Counted from the whole stretch's first letter, positions 38,379 through 50,650 are shown. The stretch is DNA of 63,045 bases, filler included, from Chiloscyllium plagiosum (GCF_004010195.1; 3 parts of one record of this genome joined end to end with filler, not necessarily neighbours in it), one strand, 5' to 3'. Translations and numbers: made by a program. The notes: generated by a model from the letters alone, not told the origin.

Positions 38379-38599
38379 TGCCCCTAATAAAGATGGCAAC
38401 ATTCACTCAGGCCGAATTTCCACCTGAGGCGTTTTCCCGTTTGTTGCAAACACGGTACTGGCTGTTTCAAAATCGTGCTTTCCAATGTGCAGCAAATGTC
38501 TCTAAGGTCTCTCAGCTCATACCAACATCATTTCCCTCCAGCTTCCTGCTGTTTATTTCTTTCCTTCCCTTGTCCTCCCCTCCACATCTTCCCGAACTT

Positions 38600-38770
38600 T
38601 GGTCACGATGACACTGTGTTGCCCGCGAAGACGATCGCATGATTTACTATAGTCCTGACCCTCACTCACTGATTGGTTGGAGGAACAGCCGCCACTGCCA
38701 GGTCCTCCAGATCCTCCCCTTCTCCTCCTATTGGTCCGGCGCTGACATCAATCACCCGGGGCTCATTGTT
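38600..38770 (-). promoter_or_regulatory. Promoter module core copy E
   Basis: ATTGG at 38672 and 38730, TGACATCA at 38743; same arrangement as copy D. Confidence 0.55.
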
Positions 38771-39111
38771 TGCTGAACCATGCACAGGGCTTCCTGCTTT
38801 TTCTCCTGTCCATCAGTTACAAGAGTGGGGGTTTATTCCTGTTTCATTTATGTGCGGCATTAAAAAAATCGTCCGTTGTATGGAGTCTTTCACATTGATG
38901 CATCGTAGAGGATTTGTCACAGAGGGATTGAAACGTTGAATTAAGAGAACGATTGGAAGATAACATCTTAAAAGGAGGACAAAGACGGTTAGGGAGGGTA
39001 TTCCAGAGGCTTGTGTCCTCGGCAGCTACAATCGTGGAGTGATGCAGTTGGAGACAGCTTATAACAGAGACAGTTTGTGGCGATTTAGAGGTAGCGTGCA
39101 ATTGCAGGCTA

Positions 39112-40240
39112 TGTGATAACAAGGCCTGGTGTGTGTGGAAAGGTTCTCGGAGACGGCCCTAAAATTATTCACCTTGATATGCAGTCTGGAAGGCTGCACG
39201 GTGTCCAAGCAGAAAATTAGGTGCTATGTTTCCAGCTTGTGCTGAGTTTCACTGGAATACTGCAGCAAGCCCGAGACAGAGAGGTTGGCCAGGGAACAGG
39301 GTGGGGCGGTAGGCAACTGGAAGATCAGGGCGAGTTTTGTTCTGTGAGACACAGATCACATTGGAAGCAGCGAGTGCAGTCAGCTGGAGTATGAACTGTA
39401 GGTAAAGTGCAACTTCAACTTGAAGATGTGTTGTGGCCCTTGAATACTGAGGAAGGAGAAGGCCAATAAGCAAGTGTTACACCTTCGGCGGTTGCAGGGG
39501 AAGGTGTTGGAGGTGTTGGATGTATTGGGGGGAATGTTGAGCGTGAAGGAGGTGTGGACCAGGGTTTCAGAAAGGCATGATTCCCTACAGAAGTTGGACA
39601 AGGAAGTGGAGAGGAATATGTCTCATGGTGGCATCTTGGAGTTGGAGGAAATGACAGGGGCTGATCTCTATTCTGCCTGCAAAATGAGCCTGAGCTTCCA
39701 GTTACCTGCCAAGTTAACACCCCACCGTATTCCCTGGCCAACTTCAGACTCCGCCTTGCGGCAGTGTTCCATCAAAGATCAGCATAAGCCGGAAGAACAG
39801 CAGCTCATTTTCCGCTTGGGAATAATGCAACCCTCCGGACTCAACACAGAGTTCAATAATTTCAGGGCCTGAACTCCCCCATGTCCTGGCCTTACCCCAA
39901 ACACCAGGCCATGTTATCACAATTCCTATGGTTAGCCACTAATAGTCTCCATTAACAGCTACTTACCCTCCCAGCCAGATTGTTACCCAGAACTGTTCTT
40001 CTCTCTCTATCCCAACCTACCATTTCCCCCTTATGTCCTCTCTACACCACAGCACCCCACCCTACCGACTGCAAATAGCCTGACATTTTCCTACTCTCAG
40101 TTCTCAGGAAGGATCACCGGATCTGAAATGGTAACTCTAATTTCTCTTCACAGATGCTGCCAGAATTCTGAGGTTTTCCAGCACTTTTTGGTTGTTTCTA
40201 ATTTACAGCAACCGCAATTCTTTTCGTTCTAATTTAGGAG
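39112..40240. mobile_element. Penelope-like element with inverted 5' part
   Basis: 39112-39670 on the - strand and 39670-40240 on the + strand; arms share caccaggcc-tgttatcaca; PEEQQLIFRLGIMQPSGLNTEFNNFR; NTFPCNRRRCNTC. Confidence 0.85.
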
Positions 40241-40249
40241 GAGTTTCTT

Positions 40250-40540
40250 ATTCAGATCTGGCAGCACACACTGTGCATTTACAAACCCTCCCAGTCCACA
40301 CTAACTCAATTTCTCTCCCAGTCTCTGCTCTGTCTCCCAATCCCTTCACTGAGTCCCCCTTCATAGAGGCACTGCACCTGCACAGCTCATGGTCATATGT
40401 CATCCTCCTGGCCCCACTCCTCATTCTCTCCCATTGGATGAAGGACCACACCCCTCTTGTTCTGGAGCGATTGTCGCAATCAGCCGGGACCCATTGTGAC
40501 GTGACTGCTGGGATCATCCCTCTCTCTGCCCTGGGATGAG
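40250..40540 (-). promoter_or_regulatory. Promoter/first-exon module copy B (copy C core at 41372-41565)
   Basis: ATTGG at 40433, TGACGTGA at ~40497, decayed E-box ggtcatatgtc, candidate donor GA/GTTAGT near 40305. Confidence 0.45.
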
Positions 40541-42400
40541 CATCATCACTCACAGTGAATGGGGTAGTATCGCAGAGCATAGGGGCCGGGGACTATTCAG
40601 CCCATTGGGGTTGTACTCTCTCCCTCTGGAAATGCTGCAAATCTGTCCCGATTCCCCTATCATGTTTTCCCATAACTCTCCAAGTATTCCCTCAAAGTTA
40701 AATTCCAAATCTTTTTGACAATAACTGCTGAATCTTCATCCAACTGCCATTCAAACTGTTGCAGGTGCTCAGAGCTTAATGAGTAAAATAGTCTTCACAT
40801 TTTCACCCTGCATTATTTTCTAATTACCTGAAAGTAGTTGCGAAAAAATGTCACAAAATTAATAATTTCTCTCTGTCTCTCTATAAATTAAATATCCTGG
40901 AAACAAACCTGCTCAGATTCGAAATCATTGCCTAGCCATCTCCGAGGAGAATTATCTAAACGTCTGCTAACTCTCCATGAAAGAGAAACCTTTCTTAATT
41001 TTAATGTATTGGAGTCACAAATGTACAACAGAAAAACAGACTCCTCGGTCAAATATTCCATTCTAACTAGGAATCATAAATCAATGGAGTCCTATTTGCC
41101 AGATGTTGGTCAATTCCCCTCCAAACCTTCCGTTCATGTACCCGGTCAGATGCCTTTCAAGTGTTGTCATCGTATCAATCTCCAATACTTTCTCTGGCTG
41201 CTCATTCCATATACATGCCAAACTCAGTTTGAAAACATTGCCCCTTAGATTGGTTTTAAAACTTCTCCGTCTCACATTAAGCCTATACCCTCTTTTTGGA
41301 CCCACCAAACCTGGCAAAAAAAACCCAAATGTTCACCCTCCCCATATCCCTCATGATTTTATACTTCACAATCACTGAGTCCCCCTTCATAGAGGCACTG
41401 CACCTGCACAGCTCATGGTCATATGTCATCCTCCTGGCCCCACTCCTCATTCTCTCCCATTGGCTGAAGGACCACACCCCTATTGTTCTGGAGCGACTGT
41501 CTCAATCAGCCGGGACCCATTGTGACGTGACTGCTGGGATCATCCTTCTCTCTGCCCTGGGATGAGCATCATCACGCACAGTGAATGGGGTAGTATCGCA
41601 GAGCATAGGGGCAGGGGGCTATTCAGCCCATTGGGGTTGTACTCTCTCCCTCTGGAAATGCTGCAAATCTGTCCCAATTCCCCTATCATGTTTTCCCATA
41701 ACTCTCCAAGTATTCCCTCAAAGTTAAATTCCAAACCTTTTTGATAATAACTGCTGAATCTACATCCAACTGCCATTCAAACTGTTGCAGGTGTTCAGAA
41801 CTTAATGAGTAAAATAGTCTTCACATTTTCACCCTGCATTATTTTCTAATTACCTGAAAGTAGTTGCCAAAAATTGTCACAAAATTAATAATTTCTCTCT
41901 GTCTCTCTGTAAATTAAATATCCTGGAAACAAACCTGCTCAGATTCGAAATCATTGCCTAGCCATCTCAGCTCCGAGGAGAATTATCTAAACGTCTGCTA
42001 ACTCTCCATGAAAGAGAAACCTTTCTTAATTTTAAATGCATTAGAGTCACAAATGTACAACAGAAAAACAGACCCCTCGGTCAAATATTCCATTCTAACC
42101 AGGAATCATAAATCAATGGAGTCCTATTTGCCAGATGTTGGTCAATTCCCCTCCCCTCCAAACCTTCCGTTCATGTACCCGATCAGATGCCTTTCAAGTG
42201 TTGTCATCGTATCAATCTCCAATACTTTCTCTGGCTGCTCAATCCATATACATGCCACACTCAGTTTGAAAACATTGCCCCTTAGATTGGTTTTAAAACT
42301 TCTCCGTCTCACATTAAGCCTATACCCTCTTTTTGGACCCACCAAACCTGGCAAAAAAAACCCAACTGTTCACCCTCCCCATATCCCTCTGGATTTTATA
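40346..42400 (+). repeat. Recent tandem duplication, period ~1026 bp (40346-41363 and 41372-42400)
   Basis: Near-identical ORF pairs 40536..40718 / 41562..41744 and 41081..41317 / 42142..42354; 8-nt filler cttcacaa at the junction. Confidence 0.96.
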
Positions 42401-43003
42401 AACCTTGATAAGATTATTTCTCAGTCTCCGGTTCTCCAGGGAAAAAAGCGCCAGCCTATTCAACGACTCCCTTCAGTTCAAACCCTCCAACCCTGGGAAA
42501 GTCTTCGCAAATCTTTTCTCGACTTATTCCAGTTTCATAACATCCTTCCTAGAACAGGGAGACCAGGATTGAAAGCAGAATCCCAGAATTGGCTGAAACA
42601 ATGTCCAGTAGAGCTGCAATATGACATTACAATTTCTGTATTCACTACACTGACCAATAAAGACAAGCATACCAAACGCGTACTTCATTACTCAGTCAGT
42701 CCATGATCTCACTATCAAAGAACTACAAAGCTACACTCCAAGGTCTTTTTGTACAGCAACACTCTCCGGGACCTTACCATTAAGTGTATAAGTCGTGCCC
42801 TGATTTGCCTTTCCAAAACGCAGCACCTCACGTTTATCAAGGTTAAACTCCACCTGTCACTCCTCGACCCATTGGCCCATCTGATCAAGATCCTGTTCTA
42901 CTCTGGACTACCATCATCACTCTCCACTTCATTACCAATTTTGTTTTATTCTGTAAACTTACTCACCATATCTCAGGTATTCACATCCAAGTCATTTATT
43001 TAA

Positions 43004-43229
43004 AGACGGAAAATGTGTTGCTGGAAAAGCGCAGCAGGTCAGGCAGCATCCAAGGAACAGGAGAATCGAAGTTTCGGGCATGAGCTCTTCTTCAGGAATG
43101 ATTCCTGAAGAAGAGCTCATGCCTGAAACGTCGATTCTCCTGCTCCTTGGATGCTGCCTGATCTGCTGCGCTTTTTCAGCAACACATTTTCAGCTCTAAT
43201 CTCCAACATCTGCAGTCCTCACTTTCTCC
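43004..43229. mobile_element. Short Penelope-derived hairpin insertion with 11-bp TSD
   Basis: 91-bp arms 43009-43099 and 43101-43191 with a 1-nt loop; TSD catttatttaa at 42993-43003 and 43230-43240; empty site at 60361-60371. Confidence 0.93.
43105..43132 (+). ncRNA. Minimal hammerhead ribozyme motif (mirror copy 43068-43095, -)
   Basis: CTGAAGA-AGAGCTCATGCCT-GAAA-CGTC: both core boxes, palindromic ACGT and GUC triplet; helix II has one mismatch. Confidence 0.65.
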
Positions 43230-43509
43230 CATTTATTTAAGGACACAATATCCATTCTTGCAGCACACTGCTGCTCACTGGCCTCCAGTCCACAAAGCAA
43301 CCCTCGATCACCAGCTTCTGTCTTCTGACCTTCAAGGAGAAAGTGAGGTCTGCAGATGCTGGAGATCAAAGTTGAAACTTTATTGCTGGAACAGCACAGC
43401 AGGTCAGGCCTCCTCTATAATATGGACACTTTTCAAGTTATCACTATTTATTTCTCCAAACTCTTCAGCTTCCATATTCTTCTCCAGTGAAAAAATGACA
43501 TAGAATACT

Positions 43510-46500
43510 AGAGGTGCGAGGGAGGTGCGAACGACTTCTGGGAAGGTGAGACTAATGGTTTAAAAACCTTAGTTCAGGCGTTGGGGTTTCCAATTGCCGA
43601 GAGTTATGAGGGAGGAGCGAAGGACTTCTGGGAGGATGAATCTAACGTTTCAAAAAGCTTAGTTCAGGCGTCGCTCCCACCCACCTCCTCTAACCTTACT
43701 AATAGTCTGTAAAATTGGTAAGTCTTCAGGTTTCTCTTTTTTTCGCCTCCTTTGTTTAGTTCTGTGCGGGCTTTCGTAGAAGCGGGAAATGGATGTCAGG
43801 ACAGTAGCATGTTCCTCCAGCAGAATGTTGCAGGTGAGAGACACTTCATATGTCTCTGTCGACTACATCTGCGGGAAATGAACCCAACTCTAGCTCCTCG
43901 AAGACCGAGTTAGGGGACTGGAGCTGGAGCTGGATGAACTACGGATCAATCCCTGAGTCTGAGGGGGGAATTGAGAGGATGTACAGTGAGGTGGTCACTT
44001 CCCAGACACAGGGTAAGGATAGCTGAGTTACTGTCGCGGGAGAAAAGAGAACCGATGGTTAGAACAGGGATACCCAGTGGCCGTTCCCCTCAGCAATAAG
44101 TATACCGTTTTGGATACTGCTGGTGGGGACAGTCTACCAGGGGAAAGCCATATACGTCAGGTCTCTGGCACTGAGGCTCAGAAGGGAAGGAGGGAAAATA
44201 GAAAAGCGCTACAGGTAGGAGACTTAATAGACGGATTGACTGGAGGTTTTGTGGTCAGGAACCCGGAAGATATGTTGCCTCCCCGGTGCCAGGGTCCGGG
44301 ATGTCGCCGATCGGGTTTACAAGTTTCTGAAGGGGGATGGTGAGCAGAAAGAAATCGTGGTATATATTGGCACCAATGATATATCCAGGAAAAGGATTGA
44401 GGGTCTGAAAACTGACTACAGAGAATCAGGTTGGAAGCTGAAGAACAGGACAAGTAGAGTAGTAATCTTGGGTTTTCTACCGGTGCCACAAGATAGTGAG
44501 ATAAGGAACAGTCAGCGAATGCAGCTTAACACATGGCTGCGAGGCTGGTGCAGGAGGGAGGGCTTCAGATACCTAGACCATTGGAATACCGTCTGGGGAA
44601 CAGGGGACCTGTACATCAGGGACTGGTTGCACCTGAACCGGAGATGTACAAATGTCCTGGGTGGGAGATTTGCTCATGCGATTCGGGAGGGTTAAAATTA
44701 GTTTGGCAGTGGGGTGGGAATCAGATACACATGTCTGAGAAGGGATCAGTTGCAGACAGGACAATGACAGGATATATCGAATCTATCAAAAAGGTTTTTC
44801 ACGCGGTGAAACAAAGTTTTCAGTTAAAATGTGTCTGCTTTAATGCAAGGAGTGTCTGGAATAAGTCTGATGAATTTAGAGCATGGTTCAGTACTTGGGG
44901 CTACGATGTTGCGGCCATAATGGAGACCCATGATGGGTTTCACAGGGGCAGGGATGGTTGCTTGATGTTCCAGGGTTTAGAATATTTAACAAGAACAGGG
45001 AGATTAGAAAAAGAGGAGGGAATGTAGCATTGCTGATCAGAGAGTGCAACACAGATACAGAAACGAAGGTTGTTGAGGAAGGTTTGTGTACAGAGTCAGT
45101 ATGGGTGGAAGTTAGGAACAGCAAGGGAATAGCCACCGCACTGGGGGTTTGTCCAAACCACCTAATAGCAGTAGAGAGATTGAAGAAGTCTTTGGCGGGC
45201 AGGTTCTTCAAAAACGCAAGAGTAGCAGGGTTGTTGCTATGCGTGATTTCAACTTTCCCAATATCACCTGGATCCTCCTAATTACAGATGGTTTGGAAGG
45301 AGCTGTTTTTGTCATGTGTGTTCAGGAGGGTTTCCTTACTCAGTATGTGGACAGACCGACGAGGGGAGAGGCCATTTTGGATTTGGTGCTTGGCAACGGG
45401 CCAGGACAGGTTCAGATCTCGAGTTGGGAGAGCACTTTGGTGAAAGTACTCACATTTAGCATAGCGTTGGAGAGTGAAAGGGACAGTTACCGAGGGAAAA
45501 TATTTAATTGGGGCAAAGGAAATTACTACGCGATCAGACAGGAGTTGGAAAGTACAGTCTCGGAGCAATTGATCCACAGAAAGGGCAGAGCAGACATGTG
45601 GAGACTTTTTAAGGAGCAGTTGTTGCAACTGATGCAAAAATGTATTCCTCTGAGACAGGTAAGATGGGGTAAGATTAAGGAACCTTGGATGACGAGAACA
45701 GAAGGGCTTCTCATCAAAAGGAAGAAGGCAGCTTACGTAAGGTGGAGGAAGTAAGGATCTAGCACACCTTGGAGGCTTACAGGCTTGCTAGAAAGCAGTT
45801 CAGAAATGGACGGAGGAGAGCCAGGAGTGGCCATGAAATAGGCTTGGCAAGAAGGATTAGGGAGAACCCAAAGGCGTTTTACTCATACGTGAGGAATAAG
45901 AGGATGATCAGGTAGAACGTAAGGCCGATCATGGATAGCGTAGGGAACTTGTGCGAGGAGTCTGAGCAGATAGGGGAATCCCCGAATGAGTTTTTTTTTG
46001 CTTCGGTTTCCACCAAGGAAAGTGAGCTTGTTGTAAATGAAACGTTAGAGGAGCTGGGATACTGTTTTGACCAAATCAAGATTGATGAAAATGATGTGCA
46101 AGAAAGTTTGGAAAACATTAAGATTGACAAGTCCCCAGGGCCAGATTAGATTTATCCTAGGCTGCTCCGGGAAGCGAGAAAGGAGGTTGCGAAGCTGCTG
46201 GCGAGGATATTTCCCTAATCACTCTCCACGGGAGTTGCACCGGAGGATGGGAAGGAGGAGAATGTTGTTCTACTTTTCAAGAAGGTTAATAGGGAAATCC
46301 CTGGCAATTACAGTCCAGTCTCAAGCCTGTCCTCAGCAAAGTTTTGGAATGAATTCTGAGGGATAGGATTTATGAGTATTTGGCAATGCATAGTATGATT
46401 AAAGGCATTCAGTATGGCTTTGTGAGGAGCAGGTCGTGCCTCACAAATCTTATTGAGTACTTTGAGAAGGTGTCAAGACAGGTCGATGACGGTCGAGCAG

Positions 46501-47665
46501 TGGATGTGGCGTATTTGTACTTCAGCAAGGCATTTGATAGTGTTCCCCATGGTAGGCGCATTCATAAAGTCAGGAGGTATGGGATACAGGGAGATTTGGC
46601 TGTCTGGTTTCAGAATTGGCTGGCTGACAGAAAGCAGAGAGTGGTTGTAGATGGAAAGTATTCTGCCTGAAGGACAGTGTTGAGTGGGGTCCCGCAGGGC
46701 TCTGTTCTTGGGCCTCTGCTCTTTACTGTTTTATAAATGACTTGGATAAGATGGTTGAGGGGTGAGTTAGTAAATTTGCAGATGACACAAAGGTTGGAGG
46801 TGTCATTGATAATATAGTTGGCTGCTGCCGGCTGCAGCGCGACATAGACAGGATGCAGAGCTGGGCTGAGAAATGACAGATGTAGTTCAACCTGGATGAA
46901 TGTGAAGTGATGCATTTTGGAAGGTCGAACTCTAATGCTGAATATAGGATTAAAGACAGGATTCTTGGCAGTGTGGAGGAACGGAAGGATATGGATGTGA
47001 AGTACAAAAATCCCTCAAATTTGCCACTGAAGTGGATAGATGTTTTGGCTTTCATTAACAGGGGTATCGAGTGTAAGAGCCGTGAGGTTTTGCTGCAGCT
47101 CTACAAGTCCCTGGTGAGACCACATTTGGAATGTTGCATCCAGTTCTGGTCGCCCTATCAGAGGAAAGATACAGAGGCTTTGGAGAGGGTGCAAAGAAGG
47201 TTTACCAAGATGCTTCCTGGACTGGAGGGCTTGTGTTATGAAGGAAGGTTGAATAAGCTCGGACTTTTCTCGCTGGAGAGAAGGAGGAATAGAGGAGACC
47301 TGGTGGAGGTGTACAAAATACTGAGATGAATAGAGAGAGTCAATAGCCAGAGGCGTTTCCCCAGGGCAGGATTGACTGGTCCGAGAAGTCATAGTTTGAA
47401 GATATTAGGAGGAAGTCATAAAGGAGACATCAGAGGTATGTTCTTTCTGCAGAGAGTTGGGGATGCATGGAATGCGATGCCAGTTGAGGTGGTAGAAGCG
47501 AAGTCATTGGGGACATTTAATCGACTGCTGGACATGCACATGGATAGCAGTGAGTTGAAAGGTGCGTAGGTTAAGTTACTATATTTTACATTACAATTAA
47601 GTCTCAGAACAACATCATGTGCCTAAGGGCCTGTTCTGTGCTGTACCTTTCTATGTTCTACGTTC
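43510..47665 (+). mobile_element. Near full-length decayed CR1 (HER1-type) LINE
   Basis: 5' UTR with two ~90-bp repeats; ORF1 Cys-rich start and coiled coil (~43790-43950) and SGNH esterase CLPGARV..IGTNDI..DWLHLN (44249..44695); endonuclease CFNARS..YDVAAIMET and ILDLVL; RT FSKAFDSVPH, GVPQGSVLGP, KFADDTK; tail ttctatgttctacgttc. Multiple stops and frameshifts. Confidence 0.95.
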
Positions 47666-47884
47666 CAGTGGTTTAGTATGTCTCCCACCTCCTGCAGTTC
47701 CATATATGGCCTTTCTGATCTTGAAGGGGTCCTATTCTCTCCCTGGTTATTCTTTGATCTGTGATGTATTTGTATAACGTCTTTGGCTACTCCTTAAACC
47801 ATTTGCTGAAGCTATTTCATGTCCTCTTTTTGCTCTCCTGATTTCCTTCTAGTATATGCCTGTAGAAGTATGACCCTGTACTCA

Positions 47885-48400
47885 CAATTCCTCCGCATCT
47901 GCCATATCTGTTCCCAGGAGAAGCAATTCCACTCCTGGACATTCCAGAACGATTCCTATTTCAAGGACAGCAAATACCATCTCACATGATCAACAATGCC
48001 CTTCAACGCATATTTTCCACTTCCCGCACCTCCACCTTTACCCATCCATTCAACCATAGTAAGAATATAATCCCCCAGTCCTCACTTGCCACCCCACGAA
48101 TCTCCACATACAATCCATTGACTTCTGCCATGTCCGCTACCTACAGTCATACTCCATAACCAGGAACATATTTCCCTCCCCAGCCCTATCTGTGTTAATC
48201 AGAGACCATTCCCTTGTTTGGTCTACGCGTTCCCCCCCACCACCAACCGACCATTCACCTTCCCTTATTGACAGGGGAGCAGTAAAAACCTGCACTCACA
48301 ACTCACTCACACCTCACCTGTGTCCAAGGCCCCAAAGGAATTTTCCACACCAGGCAGAAATTTTCCTGCACATCCAAACACCTCATCTACTGCATCTGGA
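47885..48400 (+). mobile_element. Penelope-like fragment (similar piece ~59365-59700, -)
   Basis: caattcctccgcatctgccatatctgttcc..caattccactcc (QFLRICHICS-like) is typical of the PLE RT-endonuclease linker. Confidence 0.7.
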
Positions 48401-48580
48401 TACTATGGGCAAATTAACATGGGTAATGCAGCCAATCTGCACATCTTTGGATTGTGGGAGGAAAACCACGCAGACACGGGAGAATGTGCAAATTCCACAC
48501 AAATAGTCGCCTGAGGCAGGTATTAAACCTAAGTCCCTGCGATGACGCAGCAGTGCTAACTACTGAGCCACAGTACCACA
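48400..48580 (-). mobile_element. HE1-type SINE, 5' half
   Basis: ctgcacatctttggattgtgggaggaaaaccacgcagacacgggagaatgtgcaaa..cagcagtgctaactactgagccac. Confidence 0.85.
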
Positions 48581-48639
48581 GGGATCTTTGGTGCTTATGT
48601 GCTGCCCCACTGATACCTCAGTGACTCATCCTGCCCAAT

Positions 48640-48955
48640 GGCCGACTGATATTATCCTAGACGGATAATCCAGTTGATATTCATGGACTTGGGTTTGAAT
48701 CCCGTCACTGCTGATAGTGGAATGTGAATTCAATAAAAATCTGGAATTAAAAATCTATTAAAGACCATGAATCCATTGTCGAATGCTGGGGAAAAAATCA
48801 ATTAATACACTAATGTCCTTCAGGGAAGAAATCTGCTACCCTTACCTGGTCTGGCCCACATGTGTCTCCAGACACACAGCTATGTGGTTGACTGTTAACT
48901 ACCCTCTGTTCCCAGGCAGTGACACTCTCATCCTGTGAATGAATAAAGCAAAAAA
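48640..48955 (+). mobile_element. tRNA-headed SINE
   Basis: Box B GGTTTGAATCC at 48692; body ..ccttacctggtctggccc..; tail catcctgtgaatgaataaag. Confidence 0.8.
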
Positions 48956-48989
48956 GGTCGAGTTTTGTATACAATCATATTATTCTTAC

Positions 48990-50650
48990 AGATAACAATG
49001 ATCTGCTGGTAAATTTGCTTCTCAATTCCCTGCTGACTACTGGGGAAGCGGGGATGGGGGTCGATAGTACAATCCCAATGTGGTGATCATCAATTTCTTA
49101 TTTCTCAGTTCCCCACAAACAACGTCCCTGGATGTACTCCCAGGAATTTCCTTCCAAAGCCCAGCCGTAATGTTATCCCTAATCAACAGCACCGATCCCC
49201 CTGCTCTGCTGCCCCCTTTCTATCCTTGCAGTAAAATCTATACCCTGGAACATTCAGCTGCTAGTCCTATTAATCCCAGAGTCATGCCTCTGTAATTGTT
49301 ATAATATCCCTGTGCCATGTTCAAAACCATAGCCTGAGCTCGTCTGCCTTTCCCGTCAGGCCTCTTGCATTGATGTAAATGCAGTGTATCGGATTAGTCC
49401 CACCTCTTGCTCTGTCTTGCCCTTGACTGTTTGACATCGGAACTGTACCAGCCTCAGATGTAGTTATTTCCTAACTCTCACTTTGGGTTTACGCCCACTC
49501 CCACTGGTTTAACGCCTGCTGAGTAGCACTAGCAAACCTTCCCTTCCAGTGCAGATACAATCCATCCTTCTTTTGTCGGTCAATACCCCACAAGAGATTC
49601 CAATGATCCAGAAATGTGAAACCATCTCCTCAACACGAGACCCTTCGCCACTCATTCATCTGCTCTATCCTGCTGTTCCTACTCTCACTAAAATGTGGCA
49701 CCTGAAGTAATCCAGATATTTCTATCCTCAAGGACCTACTTTTTAATCCTCCAGACTAATTCGCTGTATTCTCTAATCAGAGCCTTATCATTTTCTGTTC
49801 CTATGTCATTGGTACCAATGAACAACGGCCTCCCCTCAAAGGGTTATTTCCCCCTTTGAGAATATTCTGCTCCCTCTCAGAGGCATCCTTTATCCTGGCA
49901 CCAGGGAGGTACCACCGCATTCTGTTGTCTCACAGCAGTCTCTGCCAGTGACTAGACAGTCCCCTATCACCATCGATCATCTGGACACGTACATATCTCA
50001 CATTACAGTAGAGCCAGTCTCAGTATCAGTAACTTGACTGCTAGTGTTTCATTCCCCTGAGTATCTGTGATCCCCTATATTTTCCAAAGCAGTATACTCT
50101 TTTGACAGTGGGATAGACAGAGGAGACTCCTGCACCACCTGCCTCTCTCTCCTATCTGTCCTGTAACCCATCTACCTGACTGTATCTGCAGTTTTTCTGA
50201 CCGGAACTGTCAACGATCACATCCCCGGCTCCTGTGAAATCCTCACTGCCTTTAACTGCCGCTCCAACTGATCTATGCGATTGTTAGGATTTGCATCCAC
50301 ACTTTGTGCAGACATAATCATCAGGGATCATTGAAATACTCTCTAAACTCCTGCATCGGACACGATGAGCACATCACTCAAGAAATGGCCATCTCTGCAT
50401 CTTATCATTTTACAGCTCCACAAAATACTGCCCAAGAATAACTTAATACCTATGTTTCATATTTTAAAATTTAATAAAGTGACCAGAAGATAAATAAAAA
50501 TGAAACCTTCACCTTACTCACTTATGTAGATTTACGAAAATAAAACAGACTTAGATTTATACTTTAAGGGACAGAAACCCACTGAGCCTATCACCAGCTG
50601 AATCCTTCGAGGGTGAGCGGCCTCTGAGTGCAGCTGTGAAATGTCACTAG
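48990..50650 (-). mobile_element. CR1 5' part (5' UTR, ORF1, start of endonuclease), decayed
   Basis: Reverse strand reads VMCSSC near 50370, cctccctggtgccagg (LPGAR) near 49900 and IGTNDI near 49810. Confidence 0.75.

Larger units (their letters stand above)
37153..38780 (-). pseudogene. Putative gene relic: promoter, first exon, internal acceptor and terminal acceptor, no coding exon
   Basis: CCAAT boxes 38672 and 38730; donor TG/GTATGA at 38522; acceptor tttctgtttttattcctAG at 37354; acceptor ttataaacttgtattacAG at 37153 followed directly by CR1 sequence. Assignment to a zinc-finger gene family is recollection only. Confidence 0.35.
42045..43330 (-). mobile_element. CR1 3' half (inverted paralogue ~60280-61320)
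   Basis: CR1 tail and RT C-terminus; shares private deletions with the 60-61 kb copy (e.g. cc/ttaaataaatgacttgg). Confidence 0.88.

Noticed and set aside
29084..41583. CACAGTG heptamers as V(D)J recombination signals
   Set aside because: No ACAAAAACC-like nonamer at 12 or 23 bp from those I checked, and no V, D or J segments.
42008..42706. 232-aa ORF
   Set aside because: Antisense reading of a CR1 3' region; broken in the tandem copy.
44249..44695. SGNH hydrolase as a host gene
   Set aside because: It is the esterase domain of CR1 ORF1, directly upstream of the endonuclease and RT.
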